IMG/VR virus record: IMGVR_UViG_3300038393_001492
Span: 1 to 45,110 of that record
Direction: 5' to 3' (one strand)
Length of the DNA: 45,110 nt
Origin: a virus
Lineage: Duplodnaviria > Caudoviricetes
The notes under the pieces are model-generated. The model saw only the letters and a program-made list of their open reading frames with translations. It was not told the DNA's origin and ran no database searches. Of the stretch, positions 44,211 through 45,110 are shown in pieces. The position numbers and the translations under genes were made by a program. How positions within the stretch are numbered: the stretch's first letter is position 1; each line of letters starts with the position of its first letter.

Positions 44211-44218
44211 TTACTTAC
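44199..44218. promoter_or_regulatory. palindromic box 18 (ACCAGTCAGCACTTACTTAC), over the terS start
   Basis: Degenerate family member. Confidence 0.7.
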
Positions 44219-44234
44219 TCCATCGGGCGCGGCA

Positions 44235-44317
44235 CGGGTGTTCCGGTGCCATCGGCCTGTATGTATTATATAGATATATCTCTAGTAGTTATATACATTC
44301 AGGCCGATGGCACCGGA
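44235..44317. repeat. AT-core inverted-repeat element B
   Basis: Arms 44242-44266 and 44293-44317 match at 24/25 around a 26-bp AT-rich core. Confidence 0.9.
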
Positions 44318-44598
44318 TCCAAGTCCATTGCGACGCCCGAATTGCTCCGGAACACCTGGTAGGCGAGCATGGTCGGAGCCAGGAACAGCTTGCGACGATG
44401 CCCATACTTCCGGGCGACCAGGCCGTGCCGGGCCAGATACCGGATCGAGCACTGGAGCGCCTGCTTGGTGACGTCCGAGCCGTAGCTCAGCGCGTTCTTC
44501 AGCTCCCAGAACTCGATGTCCGTGCCGGCGTCTGCGGCTGCCAGCACCTTGCCCATGATCTCGTTCTGCTTGTCGGTGCCCGCGAAGGTCTCAAGCAT
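44299..44598 (-). CDS. winged-helix DNA-binding protein
   Basis: TDKQNEIM...EL...LSY..TKQALQCSIRYL.RHGLV.RK....RK wHTH pattern. Confidence 0.7.
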   Translation of the reverse strand: MLETFAGTDKQNEIMGKVLAAADAGTDIEFWELKNALSYGSDVTKQALQCSIRYLARHGLVARKYGHRRKLFLAPTMLAYQVFRSNSGVAMDLDPVPSA

Positions 44599-45110
44599 GA
44601 CCCGGCTCCTTCAGGGGCTCGTTCACGCCCTGCCAGTCGAATGCGGAAAGAGGGAGGCGCTCCGGCAGGGTCCGGCGCACGTCGGGGTTGCGCCAGACGC
44701 CATACATCGGCGAGGCGAGCGTGATCTGCTGGAGGCTCTTGATGACCTGGCGCGCGTCCATGGCGTCCACGCGGCCCTGGCCCTTGTCCCGGTTGTTGCC
44801 GGTCTTCTCCAGCGCCGAGTGCCGGTAGTAGAAGTCCCGGCAGGCCTGGAGCAGGACCTCGCGCTCGCCCGCGGGCCGGGCATCGAGCTCGACCAGGATC
44901 GCCTCGTAGTCGGCCGGGCTCGCCGCGAAGTGGCCCCGGAAGAACTTGAGCCCGGCGTCGAACTTGTTGGCGTTCATCGGGCGCACGAACCGGAAGCCGG
45001 CCTTCTGCCCGAAGTGGTTGAACTTCGACATGGAGCTCTGGATCTCCATGATCGGGCAGCCCTCGAGCCGCGAGGCGAGGTTCATCATCCGGTAGCCGGC
45101 GCCGATGCCG
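44591..45110 (-). CDS. GNAT-fold (Mom-like?) acetyltransferase, C-terminal part
   Basis: Frame is open to the window edge: GIGAGYRMMNL...IEIQSSM-like IMEIQSSMSKFN.F.QKAGF (GxGxG acetyl-CoA loop and the KAGF motif). Confidence 0.65.
   Translation of the reverse strand, partial: GIGAGYRMMNLASRLEGCPIMEIQSSMSKFNHFGQKAGFRFVRPMNANKFDAGLKFFRGHFAASPADYEAILVELDARPAGEREVLLQACRDFYYRHSALEKTGNNRDKGQGRVDAMDARQVIKSLQQITLASPMYGVWRNPDVRRTLPERLPLSAFDWQGVNEPLKEPGHA

Noticed and set aside
901-44218. The 20-bp palindromes as a CRISPR array, REP elements or integron attC sites
   Set aside because: Dispersed singly at kb distances with no regular spacers, no cas genes or integrase; positions match promoters
974-44273. 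Many long plus-strand ORFs (e.g. 974..2746, 21334..25869, 28698..30560, 42308..43603)
   Set aside because: Antisense shadows of well-supported minus-strand genes; stop codons are scarce in high-GC3 DNA and the translations show no motifs
1-45110. tRNA, rRNA or IS elements
   Set aside because: None recognisable by eye and intergenic spaces are short; tRNAscan or Rfam would be needed to exclude them fully

Overview
About 45 kb of a high-GC temperate siphovirus genome that appears to be a phage-plasmid of an alphaproteobacterium (Hyphomicrobiales-like; host is an inference). The left edge holds the 3' end of a repABC-type repC initiator on the + strand, followed by two lower-GC orphan genes. 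Almost everything else is on the minus strand. In transcription order (right to left): GNAT/Mom-like acetyltransferase (partial), wHTH protein, terminase, portal, scaffold, major capsid, glutaredoxin, head-tail connectors, lambda-like tail (tube, G/GT frameshift chaperones, tape measure with a lysozyme domain, M/L/K/I/J), lysis cassette, a separate fibre module, HTH-metallophosphoesterase, PhoH, a GIY-YIG homing endonuclease, an Hfq/Sm-like protein, DnaB-like helicase, primase, WGR protein and ATP-dependent ligase. From recalled family features, the gene set resembles SSU5/pHCM2-type phage-plasmids. The strongest unexplained signals are non-coding. (1) A 20-bp palindrome (RTAAGTCA-N4-TGACTTAY) occurs at least 18 times, at most transcription-unit boundaries, and three times forms the exact 17-bp promoter spacer. 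(2) Two ~75-bp AT-core inverted-repeat elements share 31 identical bp in opposite orientation and bracket the head-tail-lysis block. (3) A hairpin would hide the major-capsid RBS unless transcription starts at an internal promoter. (4) The homing endonuclease seems to have duplicated or replaced the 3' end of phoH. All functional calls come from motifs read by eye; no database search was run.
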